A DNA stretch of 57,107 bases from contig MEDY01000402.1 of NCBI GenBank assembly GCA_001724265.1, forward strand, positions 1 through 57,107. The letters run 5' to 3'. Position numbers and translations under genes: made by a program. Position 1 is the first letter of the stretch. Each line of letters begins with the position of its first letter. The notes beneath the pieces were generated by a model. That model did not search any database. It was given only the letters and a program-made list of their open reading frames with translations, and was not told the origin of the DNA. The DNA comes from Rhizaria sp. SCN 62-66. Lineage: Eukaryota. This document shows, one piece after another, positions 1-13,226 of this stretch.

Positions 1-1
1 C

Positions 2-2118
2 GGCGGCGGCGGCGCGCTCGTCAGCGCCATGAAGGGCAGCAAGACGGGCGCGGCCTCCCCGCCCCCGCCCGCGCAGGCTAACAGCGGCGGCGGCGGGGCC
101 AGCGGCGGCGTCACAGGGCTCAGCGCCCGCACCCCCCGGCCCCCGCTCGGCTCCACGGCAGCTACCGCGAATACCAGCTCCAGCTCTGGCTCCGCTGCAG
201 CTGCGTCTGCGAATGCGAGTGCAAGCGCGGGCGCCGAGGAGAGCGGCAGCGGCGGCGGTCTCGGCTCCTTCCGCAACCGCGAGGGCCACCGCGACAGCAC
301 GGGGCTGGGCTCGGCGCGCGGGCCCGGCGCCGCGGGGCTCGAGCGCGGCTCGCTGCTGCGCCTGCACTCGCGCGAGCCGTCGCTGGCCTCTCCGGGCAAG
401 CTCCTCGGCTCCCTCGGCGCACTGGGCTCCGGTCCTAACTCCGCGCGCGGCTCGACGGGCTCCAGTGGCGGCTCTAGCGGCGGCGCTGGAGCGGGACTCG
501 GGGCTCTGTCGCTCCATGTGCCCCCCAGCAGCCATGACGACGCGGGCGCAAGCGCGGGCGCGGGCGCGGGTCGCCACCAAAGCAGCAGCAAGAGTGAGGG
601 CGACGGCGACGCGCTGCCCTCTGTCGACGACGATGACGACGGCGACGACGACAGGGCCAAGGCCAAGGCCAAGGCGTCGAGCAGCAGCGACTACGGCAGC
701 AACAACAACAAGGCCCCTGGACAGAGTGCTGCGCCCGCGACGACCGCTGCGACTGCAGCTACGCGGGGAGTCGTGTTCACTGCTCCCGAGCACGACAACG
801 ACGACGAAGACGACGACGACGACGACGAAGCGGCCAACAGCGCCGCCTCTGCTGCTGTCCCCAGTCACGTCTCGACGAGAGACTCGACCACTGCCTCTGC
901 CTCTGCCTCCGCTGCGGCCTCCCCAGCGCCCTCGCCGCCGCAGCCGGCGAGCCACGTTGCCATTGCCGCCAAGAGCAGCAAGGACGACGACGAGGACGAT
1001 GACGAAGACGACGCTGCCCCCGAAGCCAGCTCTGGCTCCGGCTCTGCCTCTGCGACGGAGCCCCCCGCGCCGCAGCCGCTGTCGCCGAGTGTGCCGGCCC
1101 CCGCCGCGCTGCCCGCGCTCTCTCTGCCCTCCCCGGCGCCCTTTCCCGGCTCCGGCTCGGACCCCGCGACCGCGACAGCGGCGGCCAGCAGCAGCAGCGC
1201 GAGTGCGAGTGTGAACCCCAGCCCCCGGGCCGCGGACGGCGCGGGCGGCGCGCGCGCGGCGCTGGGTGGCGCCGACGAGGGCCTCTCGGTGTTCCGGGGC
1301 CAGGCCGCGTACGCGCAGAGGCTCAAGACGGGCGACACGCCTCACGGCCTCGGCCACGGCCGCAGCAACAGCAACAGCAACAACACGGGTGCCGGTGCCG
1401 GGGCCAGTGCCGGTGCGCCGCCGCCGCCGCCACCGCAGTGGCTGCTTGCGCTGTCGTTCGCGGCCTCGGCCGGACCCGACGACGCGGGCGCCGAGGCCGC
1501 GGCCACCGCGGCGATCCTGCAACGCTTGGGCATCGCGGCCGAGACGGCGGTCCTGCAGCGGCCGCCCTTCGCCAAGCTACACCCGCTGCTGCGGCAGCTC
1601 TGGGAGGCCGCCAAGGACCGCGCCGGCGCTGCGGGCGCGGCCGCCGTGTTCCCCAACGAGGCGGCGCTGTTCCCCGACGACGCAGAGACAAAGTACGCCA
1701 TATATAATGCATATAGTAACATTATCATCTATCATCAAAGTATATTGCTCAATTAATCATGTTATAGAATTTTATTTCAATCAACTCACATATCACTCAT
1801 ATCCCTCTTGATGTTTTGTGTTTCACTCACTGTAGACTGTTCGCTAAGGACGCCAAGGACGCGCGCGTGTCCGTGCTGTCGCAGTGGGCGGCGCACCTGC
1901 TTGCCTTCGTCGTCGAGGAGCACAGCAGCGACAGCGACGGCGAGGGCGACGGCGCGGGCGCCGGCAGCGGCACCGTGCGGGGCCAGGTGCGGCGTTGCCT
2001 GTCGCCGCTGCGGCTCGAGCCGCCAGCGCGCGTGGCCAGCAACATCGTCGTCGGCAAGGAGCCCGGGCACACGAACCGGCTCATCCAGGCCGCCGCGATG
2101 CTCGTCGCTGCGCTCTAA
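2..2118 (+). CDS. Low-complexity protein with C-terminal IFT54/TRAF3IP1 (MIP-T3)-like CH domain; 5' end outside the window; exons <2-1692 and 1836-2118
   Basis: The frame is open from the window start. Intron 1693-1835 (GTACGC...TGTAG) joins 'LQRPPFAKLHPLLRQLW...LFPDDAETK' to 'LFAKDAKDARVSVLSQW...ASNIVVGKEPGHTNRLIQAA', matching the MIP-T3 motifs (KPPFRFLH, KIVAGxEPExTNxLLQ). Stop is TAA. Confidence 0.7.
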
Positions 2119-4364
2119 GTCCGCGGCCGTGGTGGCGCACTGCCGCTGGCTTCACACTTTGATTCACTCACACTGTCACATCACATCCAGGCGCACACGC
2201 GGCCGGCCGAGGCACAGCTTCTGAGCAGTCTGTGTGCGCCATTCACGCTCTTTTTATTTGTTTTCTTTCCTATTAAGCAAAATCCTCCGTGAAACCATCA
2301 ACATGCACTTCGATTTCACAACCCGTCTGAAACTAATCAACCTCTTTTGTCGCTGTCAAATTGTCTTGTGTCACAGAGTCGCTCCCCTGTCCCGACTCAT
2401 CTCTTCTCTCACTTCCAAGTCAGATCTGAGTTGGATTGGAGCCGCATCAGAGTCCGCGGGCTGGCCAGCTTGCAGCGCCAGCCGAACTGCGACGCCGCTT
2501 CCGGTCTGCGACTGCTTTGTTCTCCTCCTTGGTCTTTTTCTGACTCTATGTGTCCTCTCAATTGACTGCTGCTCTCATTAATGCTCTGTGGTACTGCACT
2601 GACTCCTGCGTTGTCGTGCTTGTTTTATGGCTTGTGCTTTTTGCTAATATACCGCTCTCCTTTCTTCATCCTGTACGAAGTTGTGTGTTTCGCTTTGTTT
2701 CATACTTGGCTTGTTTGTTTTTTCCGACATATGCAACTCGTATTATTGTTAAACATTTCATTTTCCTTCTATATTTTTTTAAAGATTCCATAAGGCATAA
2801 GGCAATCTTTCCTTTCGCTAGTCTCTGATCAGCAGCGTTAGCTCTGTCTTATTCTCGCTCTGTCTTTGTCTCTGTAAGTCTCAGTCTCTGCCTCACTGTC
2901 TGCCCCTCCCGCACGCATGCGGCACCACGTTAGTCTGTCTTTTTGCTTCAGTACCCCGTCTTTGTCTCGTTCTCAGTCTCTCTGCTCCTTGTGCGGAGAC
3001 GGCTCACGCGCGCAGACATCCCCTCGCCTCCCCTACACACGTTCACACTGGCAACTGGCATGCGACGACTGCCCATGTCACACTCGCGCTCACGCTCGAC
3101 GCGACTGCGACTGACTGTCGCTCGATCGGGTCTGCCGCTGACTGGCAGTTACCGATGCAGAGGCAGTTGGCGGCGACAATCCAAGCAACAATTCACGTTT
3201 TCTTTTTATTTCAGCAATTTGCTTCTTCTGCCATCAATAAACATCCCAAATATCACTCGTGTCAGAGACTAATCAAATCGATTTAGATACTGATAAAGTT
3301 ATGTATAGTATTATTAATACGAATGATAAATATACAAGGAAAGTATATTAAAACTTAATGAACTGCGATAAAAGAACATATATACTGTTTAACAACGGGT
3401 ATATACAAGTACATGTACAAAGTACTGCTATGACAACGACACTGACGCTTAAGCTACTGTGTGAAAAAGACATAAACGAGTACGACAACCACAAGCATTA
3501 CGTCACAAACACCAGTCAGTTTCCGTGTAAGCGTCCAGCGTCACACAGCGATTGCTGTGCTGCTGCTGCGGCGGCAGTGTTGCATTATGATGATCAGCGT
3601 AATTGTCCACATTAGTCGTGTCTGTGTCAGTGTGCGTGCGAGGATGAGTACCAGTGCTCATGCAAGTGCCCATGACTATGTTGCTGCTGCCAAAGTACCA
3701 TCGGTAACAACCGACACGTAGAGTAGCAATCAACACAGAGCAGCACTCGCAGCGAAACACACGGCACATCACAACACCGCGCGCATATACACATTAGCGA
3801 CACAAAACGCAGCAATAACAGCATGACAGCAGCACGGCCCAGCAGTGCCAGTAAGGACAGTAATACACTGGCGACACAAAGACACGGGGACACGGGAACG
3901 AAGTGGCGTAACGGTAAAGCGGCCATTAGTACGAAGAACGAAAGACCTTGAAGCAGCGCAAACCAAATTCCAAATAATCAACTGAAAGAGCAAACAAATG
4001 AGACAGAAAAAAAAAACATATTGAAAACAAAAGGCGATCAGAAATGAACAGCAAGGGAGTACGTTTGAAATTGACTCAGCACTACAGTTCTCAAAACTCG
4101 AAAACGGTGGCTTATCTCTTTACACACTTCACAAAGTTCGTAGGGAACGAAAAGAAAAGAAAAGAAATAAATGGGGGAGATAAAAGAGACAGGTGCAAAA
4201 AAACAAATGAATAAAGGATCAAATACGTTGTGTTGTGGCGCCTCGACTCCTATTGGCAGCAATCTCAGAGCCCACAAGGTCAAACTTCCAAACTTCCTAT
4301 CTAACTTAAAAGACGAATTTCAACGAAAGTAGACGACTTTCTCGCATATTTGTCTGACGGTGGC

Positions 4365-7300
4365 TTAAAGCGTCGCAACGGGCACTCCTGTCACGCCAGC
4401 GTCAGCACCACCAGCAGCAGTAGCAGCAGTCGGGGCAGCGCCATTGCCGTGGCCGTTGTCGCCGTCGTCGTCGTCGTTGGCGGGCGTGGCGCCCGCGGCC
4501 AGCGCGGCCTCGCTGTCTGCCGCCGCCGCCGCCGCCGCCTCTTCCGCGCGCGCGCGCGCTCTGGCAGCGACCGCAGCCGCGACGGCCGCGGCGCGCACCG
4601 CCGCCTTGCGCCGGGCCTCGGCCAACGAGGTCGCGGTGACCGGCGGCGGCACATAGCCTGGCGCGCGCTTGCGAGCTTCGTCGGCCGCCATCTCGGCAGC
4701 GAGCGCGGCGGCGGCGTCGGGGCCCAGGGCCTCGGCGGTGGCCGCGATGGCGGCGGCCTCGGCCTCGGCCTCAGGGTCCGGCTCCGGCGGCGGCGGCGGC
4801 GGCGGCGCGGGCCCCGTGCGCGGCAGCTCCCACGGCGCCGGCTGCGGCAGCGCGGCCTCGAAGGCGCCCTGCAGGAGCCACGCGTAGTCCTCGGGCAGAT
4901 CCGCCTCCACGGCGTCGTTCACGCACGCGAACAGCTTGCGCCGGCCCGCCGCGGAAGACAGCCCGTACGCGGGGGTCGACGCCGCCGACGGGGCCAGCAG
5001 CGCTTGCACCTGAGAGAGCGAGTATGAAAGCAAAGATAAGAGGTAACAAGTGAGGTATATGCGCATTTTTTTAATAAAATGAATGAATTTACAGAAAAAA
5101 TACACAAGTAAACAATAAAACCATATCATTATTACCACATAAAAACCAAATTTGTCGTGACGATTTCGCGTGCGTACCTGTCGCAGCAGCGCGCCGGTGT
5201 CCTTGAGGTGCCTGTCGGTGACGCCCAGGTAGGCCGTCGAGTCTGCGTGCTGCGGCGTGTAGGCGTGGTAGAGCTGGCGGAACGGCAGGTGCACGTGCGT
5301 GAGCGCGGCACGGCCCAGCGACCATTCGAGCAGCTGGTCGGCCGTCATGACCGCGCCAGCCACTGCAGCGCCCTGGGCCGCCGCGGCCGAGGCGGCGGCG
5401 GCAGTGGCGGTAGCCATCTCGCGCGTGCGCCGCCGCAGCGCGCCGCGCATCAAGATGAGCTCCTTCGCTGCGGCGGCATTCCCGGCTTCGGTGGCGGCGC
5501 GCATGAGCCGCTCCTGCGTGGCCGGCTCGCCGGGCGCGTCGGGCGCGAACGCCCGCCACGGCGACGCGCGCAGCAGCGCCTCAAGCTACGCCGGCTGCAG
5601 CAGCGCGGACAGCATCAGCGGCATGCCGTCGTCGCCGCGCGCCGGCAGCGTGGGCGTCGCGGAGAGCGCGGCGTGCCAAGTTGACACGCGCAGACTGTCC
5701 TCGTCGTCGTCCTCCGAGACCTCGAAGCCGGCGTCGGCGTCGTCATCGGACGCAGCAGCAGCGCTGTGTCCGCCGCGGCTGCGGGGTCGGTAGACCGAAG
5801 GATCTGAGGCCGCGGCGGGGGTTCCGGGCTCCACGCAGGCCATGTCCCACACGGCCCGCGACCGGCTCGCGCTACTAAAGCCTGCCGCAGAGACGTTCTG
5901 GGGCCTTGCCGAGCGCGCGCGCATGGCCCGGCCGAGCGCGGCCTCGAGCGGCGAGCGGCACAGCGGGCGCGGCAGCGGCGCGCGGAAAGGCCAACGCGCG
6001 GCGCGCTCGCGGGCGCCGTTCTTCGAGTGCATGATCGGCGGCCGCGGTGTGAAGAGCTCGGTCAGCAGAGAAACCACCTCGGTGCCGCGCAAAACGCCGT
6101 CGCAGTCGCCGTCGTGTGACGCGACCATGGCGTGCGCCAAGGAACGCACGGACGGGTGCCTGGGCGAGAGAAGAGAAATTGTTATGAAGACTAGATGTGA
6201 GTACTTTGATTTTAGTGCAATAATACAAATGAAACTCATACAAAAATAAACATAATACTTTTATCTCGATATCGCGAAACACAATCGCGACAAATAGACT
6301 TTTGTTTTCATTGTCGACGCAAACTTCAAGTCGCTTCCCACTCACTGGCTGGGTGCGGTGTGTTATTATGTGAAGCATAGAGCACGTACCTTGCGCCGAG
6401 CGTGAAAGCGGCGAGCATGTAGCCGAACTGCAGGTCGTAGGGGTCACGGAAGCGGTGCGACTCCTGCGCCGCGTACTCGTGGGGCAGCAGAGACTGCAGC
6501 CGCGCGTAAATGTGTTTGTTGCCGACCTGCATTGGATAGCACAGAGCAAATGTGGGGGCAAGATGATATGATACACAAGTGAGATGGAAGTCAAATAGAA
6601 TAACACGGCTAATTAACAATATAAAACAGTGCGAATAACCAAAATACACTCACTTAGTTTCAAATACACCACATTTAATGTCTCAAAATCGTCTAATAAC
6701 ACGCAACGCACCTGCGGCTTGTGCGGGACGGGCATGCGGAGGGGTGCCGGGAGCAGCTTGCGCATGAGCGTCTGCGAGCGCGAGAGCACGAACATGTAGC
6801 TGGCGTCGGGCGGCCGCGCGGCGCGCGAGGCGACGAGTTGGCTGTGGTTGAGCGCGCCGGTGGCCGACAGCGCGGTCCACCAGCGGCCGCGCACGGGGGG
6901 AACGGCGTGGTTCACCGTGGGCGCCGCCGCCGCCGCGTCCACGGGCCAACGCCACGGCGGCAGCGTCGAGATGGGCGCCGCCGCGGCCGCGCTGGCAGCG
7001 GCGAACGCGGCCGCAAACGCCGACGCGGACAGAGACGTCGCCGCGTTGTCGTGGTTGTTGGCGCTACTGCCGCTGCCGCTGCTGCTGTTGCTGCGGCGCT
7101 TGGCGAGGGGCGTGAGCGACAAAGGCAGCGCCTGAGCCCGCACGAGACTGCTGAAGCTGTTCTCAGCGGCCTGGATGCTGTATCTGGCACTGCTCGTGAG
7201 CCCGGCGCTAACGGGGGCGCGGACGGAGGCGTCGGCGTCGGCGTCGGTGTCGGCAGTTGTGGCAGCCGTAGCGAATGAGACGTGGTGACGACTCTTCCGA

Positions 7301-10300
7301 CCGCTGCGACCGCCGTTGCCGTCACTCCCTTCGTCGTCGTCACCGTCGTCGTCGTCTTCGTTGTCCTCGTCAGTCTCCTCCCTGCGGTAGCCGTGCCTGT
7401 AGACACTAGAGCTCGAGGAAGTCTTCGCATTTCCGCTCACACTCGCCGTACTCTCGACACTTACACGCTCGGCACTTACCCCGTCTAAGGGGTCGCTCGC
7501 GCCGGCAATCACCGCGTGCATCGGCAGCGCGGCGGCCTCCTTGGCCTTTCGCCCAGACTTCTTCACACTGCTGCTGCTGCTGTTGTGGAGGTTGAGTCTG
7601 GCGCCCGCGCCGGGCCCCAACCCACCGCGGTTCGCGGCGTGCGTGTCCCGGTCATGGCGGCGCCCGCGGCGGCGCTGATGGTAGCCCAGCCCCAGCACGG
7701 AACCCGTCCACGCGGCCAGCGCCTCGCCCAGTACGCGCCGCGTCGACAGCGGCACGTCCGGCCGGTCCTCGGTGAAGGGCCCCGCCGCCAGTCGCACCGG
7801 TGGCGCCGTCGCCGCGTACGCCGAGTGGGTGGGAGAGTCAGGGTGGCCAGCCGAGTCGCGGTGGCGGCGGCGGCGCAGGTTGACCTCGGTGCTATCGCTC
7901 GACAAGTCGCCCTCCGCATCCGCCGTCGCAGCAGCGTCAGTTGTCTCGGCGTTGTCGTCCTCGCCGTTGACGTAGCCGAGGTCGTCGATGACCGCGAGCG
8001 CGGCCGGGACTGTGGCGTTGACCCACTGCGTCTCCCGGTCCAGTGTGGTCTGCGAGAGCGGCCGCATCGCGCCCGACGCGCTGGGCGCCGAGGCCAGCCC
8101 GACGCGCACTCCCCACGGCTCCAGGTCCCAGAGCAGCGCGGCCAGCACCTGCCGCAGGCGCCGCTGCTTGAGCAGCAGCCGCTCCGCGCGCGCCGCGACC
8201 AGGTGCCGAAGCGCCCACCGCCGCGCGCGCGCCGCCTCCGCGGGCGCGGCCTCGGTCGCGGCGCGCGCGGCGGCGCGGGCTAGGCGCTCTTCCTCGGACA
8301 CAGGACTCCTAGCCTTGCTACCGCCGTTACCGTTGCCGTCGTCTTCCTCGTCGTAGTCGTCGTCGTCGTCTTGCTTGGCCTCAGCCTCGGCCTCGGCCTC
8401 GGCGGCGGCATCCGCGGCATCCTCTGGATCATCGGCGACAAAGTTGGCGCCACTCTGCTGCTGCTGCTGGATGTTAAAGCCCCCAGCAGCAGCACCCGCA
8501 GCAGCAGCAGCAGTGTTTGTGGTGGTGGCGGCGGCAGCAGCCGTGTTGCTGTTGCTGCCGCGGCGGCGGCGGCGGCGGGGCCCTGCGGAGCGCGCGGCCG
8601 CAACGGCGGCGGCGTCGAGGTGGGGGCGAGCGGCGCGCAGCATCTGGCTGAAGGTGAGCGCGCAGTCGCCCCTGTCAAAGGCGCAGGCCGCGTCGTCGCA
8701 CGCGTCGTCGCAAACGCCGTCGCCCAGCCAGGCCACGGGGCAGCCGGGCGCGCAGAAGAGCGGCTCGGGCAGCTGTCGCACTGGATCCCTCCCGGTGGCG
8801 AAGGCGAAGCCGTGGTTAGAGCTGCTGTTGCTGCTGCTGCTGCTACTATTGCTGCCGCTACCGTTGTTGTTGTTGTCATTGTACTCTTGGCTGAGACGGC
8901 TGAGAGGGAACGAGTAGATCTTCTCCCCCTGGCCGCCGAAGCCGTCGTCCACCGCTGCGTGCTCGTACTCGAACGGGTTGCGGCCCGCAGCAGAGCCCTT
9001 GGCGCCCGCGAAGGCCGCGGAGCCGACGGCGCCGGGCGCGGTACGGCCTGCGGTGGCGAGCGGCAGGTGAAGCGCGGCCGCCGCGGCCAGCCGCCGCAGC
9101 ACGGGGTGCGCGCGGCTGCCCGTGACGGGGGGTAGCCCCTTGCCCAGCCGCAAGACCGCGGCGTCGGCGTCGAGGCTGGGGTCCGCCACGCTCGCGCCCG
9201 CGAAGTAGTACGAGCCGTCGCCGCCGTCGCTGCGGCCGCCGCCGCCGCTGCTGCTGCTGCTGCTATCACTAGCAAACTGGTTGTTGTTGTTGGTGTTGTG
9301 ACGCTTGTTGCGCCGGCGCAGCGCCCTGATCCGGTCCGGGTCGTGGCTGCCGCGGGCGAAGGCCCCTGCGGAGTAGAAGGGCGCGTAAGAGCCAGTGTAC
9401 TGCCACAGCGCGGGGGCCGGAACAGCCGCCGCCGCCGCCGCCGCCGCCGTGGCCGCCGCCGAGGCCGCGACGGCGGCCGTCGAGGCGGCGGCGGCGGTCT
9501 TGGCCGCGGCGACGGCCTCCGGCGAGTCGGGGCCTCCGGGGCCCGCAGCGGCGCCGTAAGCCACAGAGGCCGCGGCTGCGGCGCGCTCGTTAGCGGCGGC
9601 GGAGGCGGCGGCGGCGACGGCCGCGGCGGCGGCGGCGGCGGCCCTCTGCGCGCCGTTGGCGCTGCTGCGGGCGACGTAGGCGGCATCCGTGGCGAAGACG
9701 GTGTCGAGGTTGGGCGGCGCCGAGGCCGCGCCGGCGACGACGGTGGCCCAGGCCAGCTCCGAGGCCGTCAGCGGCGGCAGCTCGAAGCGCGGCAGACGCT
9801 GCGCCACGTGAATGCCATGCTGCTGGTGCTGCTGGTGGGTGGAGTAGGCCGACGATGAGGACGCTGTCGCGGTCGCGGGCAGCCCGCGCGTTTGCGCGGG
9901 CGGGACGGTGGGGCCCAATGCGAGCATCATGTCGTAGAGCTCCCAGGCCGCGGGCGCGCGGAGGTAGTTGCGCTCGCAGTCGCCCAGGTCCCAGAGACAC
10001 TCGGCCGACATGCACGCCGGGTGGCAGGCGCCGTCGCCGACGAGGTTCGCGTCGCAGCCGGCCGCGCAGCCGCGCAGCTCCCAACGCGAGCGCTCGAGGC
10101 GCAGCCCGGTCGCGGCGTCGAAAAACTCGGCCTGCGGGACTGGCCGCGAGAAGAAGACGTCGTCGTTGACGTAGACATAGTGGTCCGAGAGCCCCGGGAT
10201 GCGGTGCAGCGCCGACTCGATCGCGTTGGATGAGAAGGACGGCGCGTCGAGCGCGGGGCGGCGGAAGATGGCGCTGTGCGGCACGACCGTGACGGCCGGG

Positions 10301-12001
10301 TGCGACGTGTTAAGCCACGTGGGCGTCTCGCCCGACGTCACGAGGAAGATGCGGCGCACCCACGGCGCGTGCTTGAACACGGAGCGCATCGAGTACCGCA
10401 GCTCGCCCAGGTCGCGGAAGCGGTGGTCCTGCAGCGAGTGCAGGTCGGGCGCAGGCGCCGGGTAACCCTTGACGACGCTCTGTGCTCAGGTTAGGTTAAC
10501 ACGGGTGCAATAGTATTGCAAGGGAAATGTGTTAAGTGAGTACTTTACGACCGGATATAAACATGAAATAAAATATAGATCATTGCTTGATAAATAAGGA
10601 GAAATGTGATGAAAATATAATAAAAATATCTTGTTTCGTGTTTACCTTGTAGTTCTTGAGCGACTCGATGGCGAGCGGCCGTGCGGTCCTCACCGCGGGG
10701 TCCGAGCCGTTGATCCAGGTGTAGACGATGTCCATGGGCTCGACGCAGGCGGCCAGTCCGTAGCGCTCGCCCGAGATCGAGACCCAGCCCGCGGAGAGCG
10801 CCGCCGAGGCGGGGTCGGCGACAGCGGCGGGCACGGCGACGGCCGCGGCCGAGGCGCGGAAGCCCGGCCGGTACACGACGGCCCTGAGGGCGCGTAGGCG
10901 GGCCGCGGCGGCCGCGGCGGCCGCGGCGGCCTCGGGGCCCGACAGCAGAGCCTGTGGCGCAAAGACCGGCGAGACGCCCGCGGCGGACTCGGCGGAGGCG
11001 TTGGCAGGGGCCCGCGAAGGTAGGTACTCGCCCTCGAAGCGCGCCGCCGCGGGTGACACGCCCGCGGCCACGGCAGCCGCGGTGGCGGCGGCGGCCGCGG
11101 CGGCGTCGGCGGCCGCGATCTGCGCCAGCTGCTCCGGGCTGTGTCTCAGCGCCAGCGCCCCGCTCTGCCCCAGCTGGCTTTGGCCCTGCTGTTGCTGCTG
11201 TTCTTGTTGTTGCTCATCGAGCTCTAGCAGCGCGGCGGCGGGCGTGTCCGCCGGGAAAGAGCGGCAGCGCGGGGCGGCCAGGCACTGCGAGCAGAGCGGG
11301 CGCGGCAGCCGCAGCGCCGAGGGCCCGTAGGACGGCCCCAGCGGCGACGCGGCGGAGGGCGGGAGCCGGGACCAGGCGTGCGGGCCGCGCATCACGCCCG
11401 TGTGCGTGTGCCAGAACACGGGCAGGTCGCCGCCCGCGGGCAGCAGCGGCGCGGGCGCGGCGGGCAGCGGCGGTGGCGCCACGCAGCGCTCCTGCTGCGG
11501 CGCGGGCAGCGCGAAGAGCGCGGCCGTGGCGTCGCAGAGCGGACACACGTCCTGGTCGCGGCGCCACGAGGCGGGCAGGAATGACAGCACGTCGGTGGGC
11601 GACTGCGACTGCGGTGGCAGCACCGTGACGTTGTTGTGCTTCGTTGGGGTCGCTGGAGGCGTCGTTGTCGTTGTTGATGTTCCCGATGGGGAAACACTGA
11701 TGTTGCCGCCAGTACCAGACTGTTGGTACTGATGCGACTGTGATTGCTTTGATGTCGTTGTCGATTCAGATAGGGATTCAGAGAGCGACGGAAGGGCTGA
11801 AAGAACGACGAGTGAGTCTAGGGAAGGCGGGGCGGGGCCAAAGCCAAGGCTGGCGCCGAAGGCTGACGTCGAGGTCGAGGCAGCGAGGAGCAGCAGCGAG
11901 GCGGCAGCAACGCCCAGCAGCACCAGCAGCAATGCGCTGGGGCGCTGGCAGATGCCGCCTTCCCGGGAATCAGGCCGTTCCCAGGAAGGGTCGTCGAGCA
12001 T
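4365..12001 (-). CDS. GNPTAB: Stealth-family GlcNAc-1-phosphotransferase alpha/beta-like protein (~2,295 aa) with one in-frame TAG at 5586-5588; exons 12001-10646, 10479-6712, 6526-6390, 6159-5178, 5009-4365
   Basis: Domains appear in the expected order: N-terminal hydrophobic anchor, CR1 (PMDIVYTWINGSDP), CR2 (RFRDLGELRYSMRSVFKHAPWVRRIFLVT...FSSNAIESALHRIPGLSDHYVYVNDDVFF), two LNR/Notch repeats (GDGACHPAC..C.WDLGDC; WLGDGVCDDAC...FDRGDC), CR3 (PHKPQ...SHRFRDPYDLQFGY), EF-hand (DGDCDGVLRGTE), CR4 (KLFACVND...FEAALPQPAPWEL). Four GT-AG introns have consistent phases. Stop is TAA. Confidence 0.88.
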
Positions 12002-12419
12002 CGGACCGCTTCACTACGCGTGCAGGAGTGACAGTAAGACGCGGGAAGACGCGCGCAGGCCGAACAGACGGCAGGCGCGACCAAGAAAAGGGGAAGGTAA
12101 AGGGGAAGTCGGGAAAAGGTGCTGCTGGGTCGGGTGAGGGGAAACAGCTTGGCTGGAGAAGATGTTGGACGGATGGGAAAGTATCGCACTCTCTGAACCT
12201 GCGATATCGAGAACCGGGGTGAGAAAATTGAAAAGGAAAGAAAATAGAACAGAAAACACTCAATAAGCGCTGTTAAATGCGTGTCTCACAGTTCAAGTGA
12301 GTCGTATTAATGCATGCGAGGATACGCTCGAACACGCCCTCTACCTTCCCAGTCGAGGGCGGGCAGTAGGGAAGTGACCGTTGTGGTGTGGGAATTGATT
12401 TTCAGCGTGTTTAGTCATC

Positions 12420-13226
12420 TAAGATTGTGTTTTGAAAGAATTAACCCAAATAAATAAGTTTCTCACTTTAAATGTGGCGCTATTTACATGTATCATGTTT
12501 CATATGCATGTTTTCTATGCAGTGTCTTGCGATTCATTTCACATTATTGTCCGAAGGAGCAACCAATGTCATCAAACATCATGTTCATATCAGAAATGCA
12601 AGTTTTGAGTCAAAATAATATGTTTATTCTGCTTATCTAATATTATATAAAATAGTTAATAAGATTATATTTCTCATTAGTTATTTTAATAAAAACAAAT
12701 TATAAATGTAATTTTTAGATTTTATATATTAAAAATAAATATCAATACATTTTTGTACTGTTTTCAAGTAAAAATACTATTAGAAGTATACGCTAAAGTA
12801 ATCAATAATGATTTTTATTGTATCGAAAACATGACTAACATAAAACATTAAATACACATTAAACAATGTAGATGTATAAAATATTAATTAAAAATTGTTT
12901 ACTAAGTATTAAATTAAAAATGATATTATAAAATAAAAATCAAAGACTACTAACAGATTTACACTTAATATTTTAAAATACTATTTATTAATGTAACATT
13001 TATCATGTATTATTTATAATTAGGTAAAACGAGATATTCCTTGCAAATTGATGCTTTCACTGGATCAGGGTCACATGTATGAATGCTGTACACAGGTTAA
13101 GTATACACCACCGATGATTTAAAATGGTAGAGCGGTATAAGTAGGTATTTTATTCAATAATTAGATAGTTTTCAAGGATAAATATGGATAAAAATTTAAT
13201 ATAGTTCTGTTGTGGTTCTGTTGTGC
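12420..13226. other. Extremely AT-rich intergenic island
   Basis: Visibly the most AT-rich ~800 bp in the window, with no ORF-track entries; lies between the 3' end of the 2,668-aa gene and the 5' end of the GNPTAB-like gene. Confidence 0.7.

Noticed and set aside
2119-4364. Short ORFs or RNA genes in the intergenic region between convergent genes (also 37228-38634)
   Set aside because: No coding bias, motifs or recognisable tRNA/snRNA structure; no tRNA-CUA was identifiable by eye anywhere in the window.
5010-5177. Hydrophobic stretch inside ORF 4365-5504 resembling a transmembrane helix (similarly 47317-47493 in ALDH6A1)
   Set aside because: These are AT-rich GT-AG introns that happen to be in frame and stop-free.
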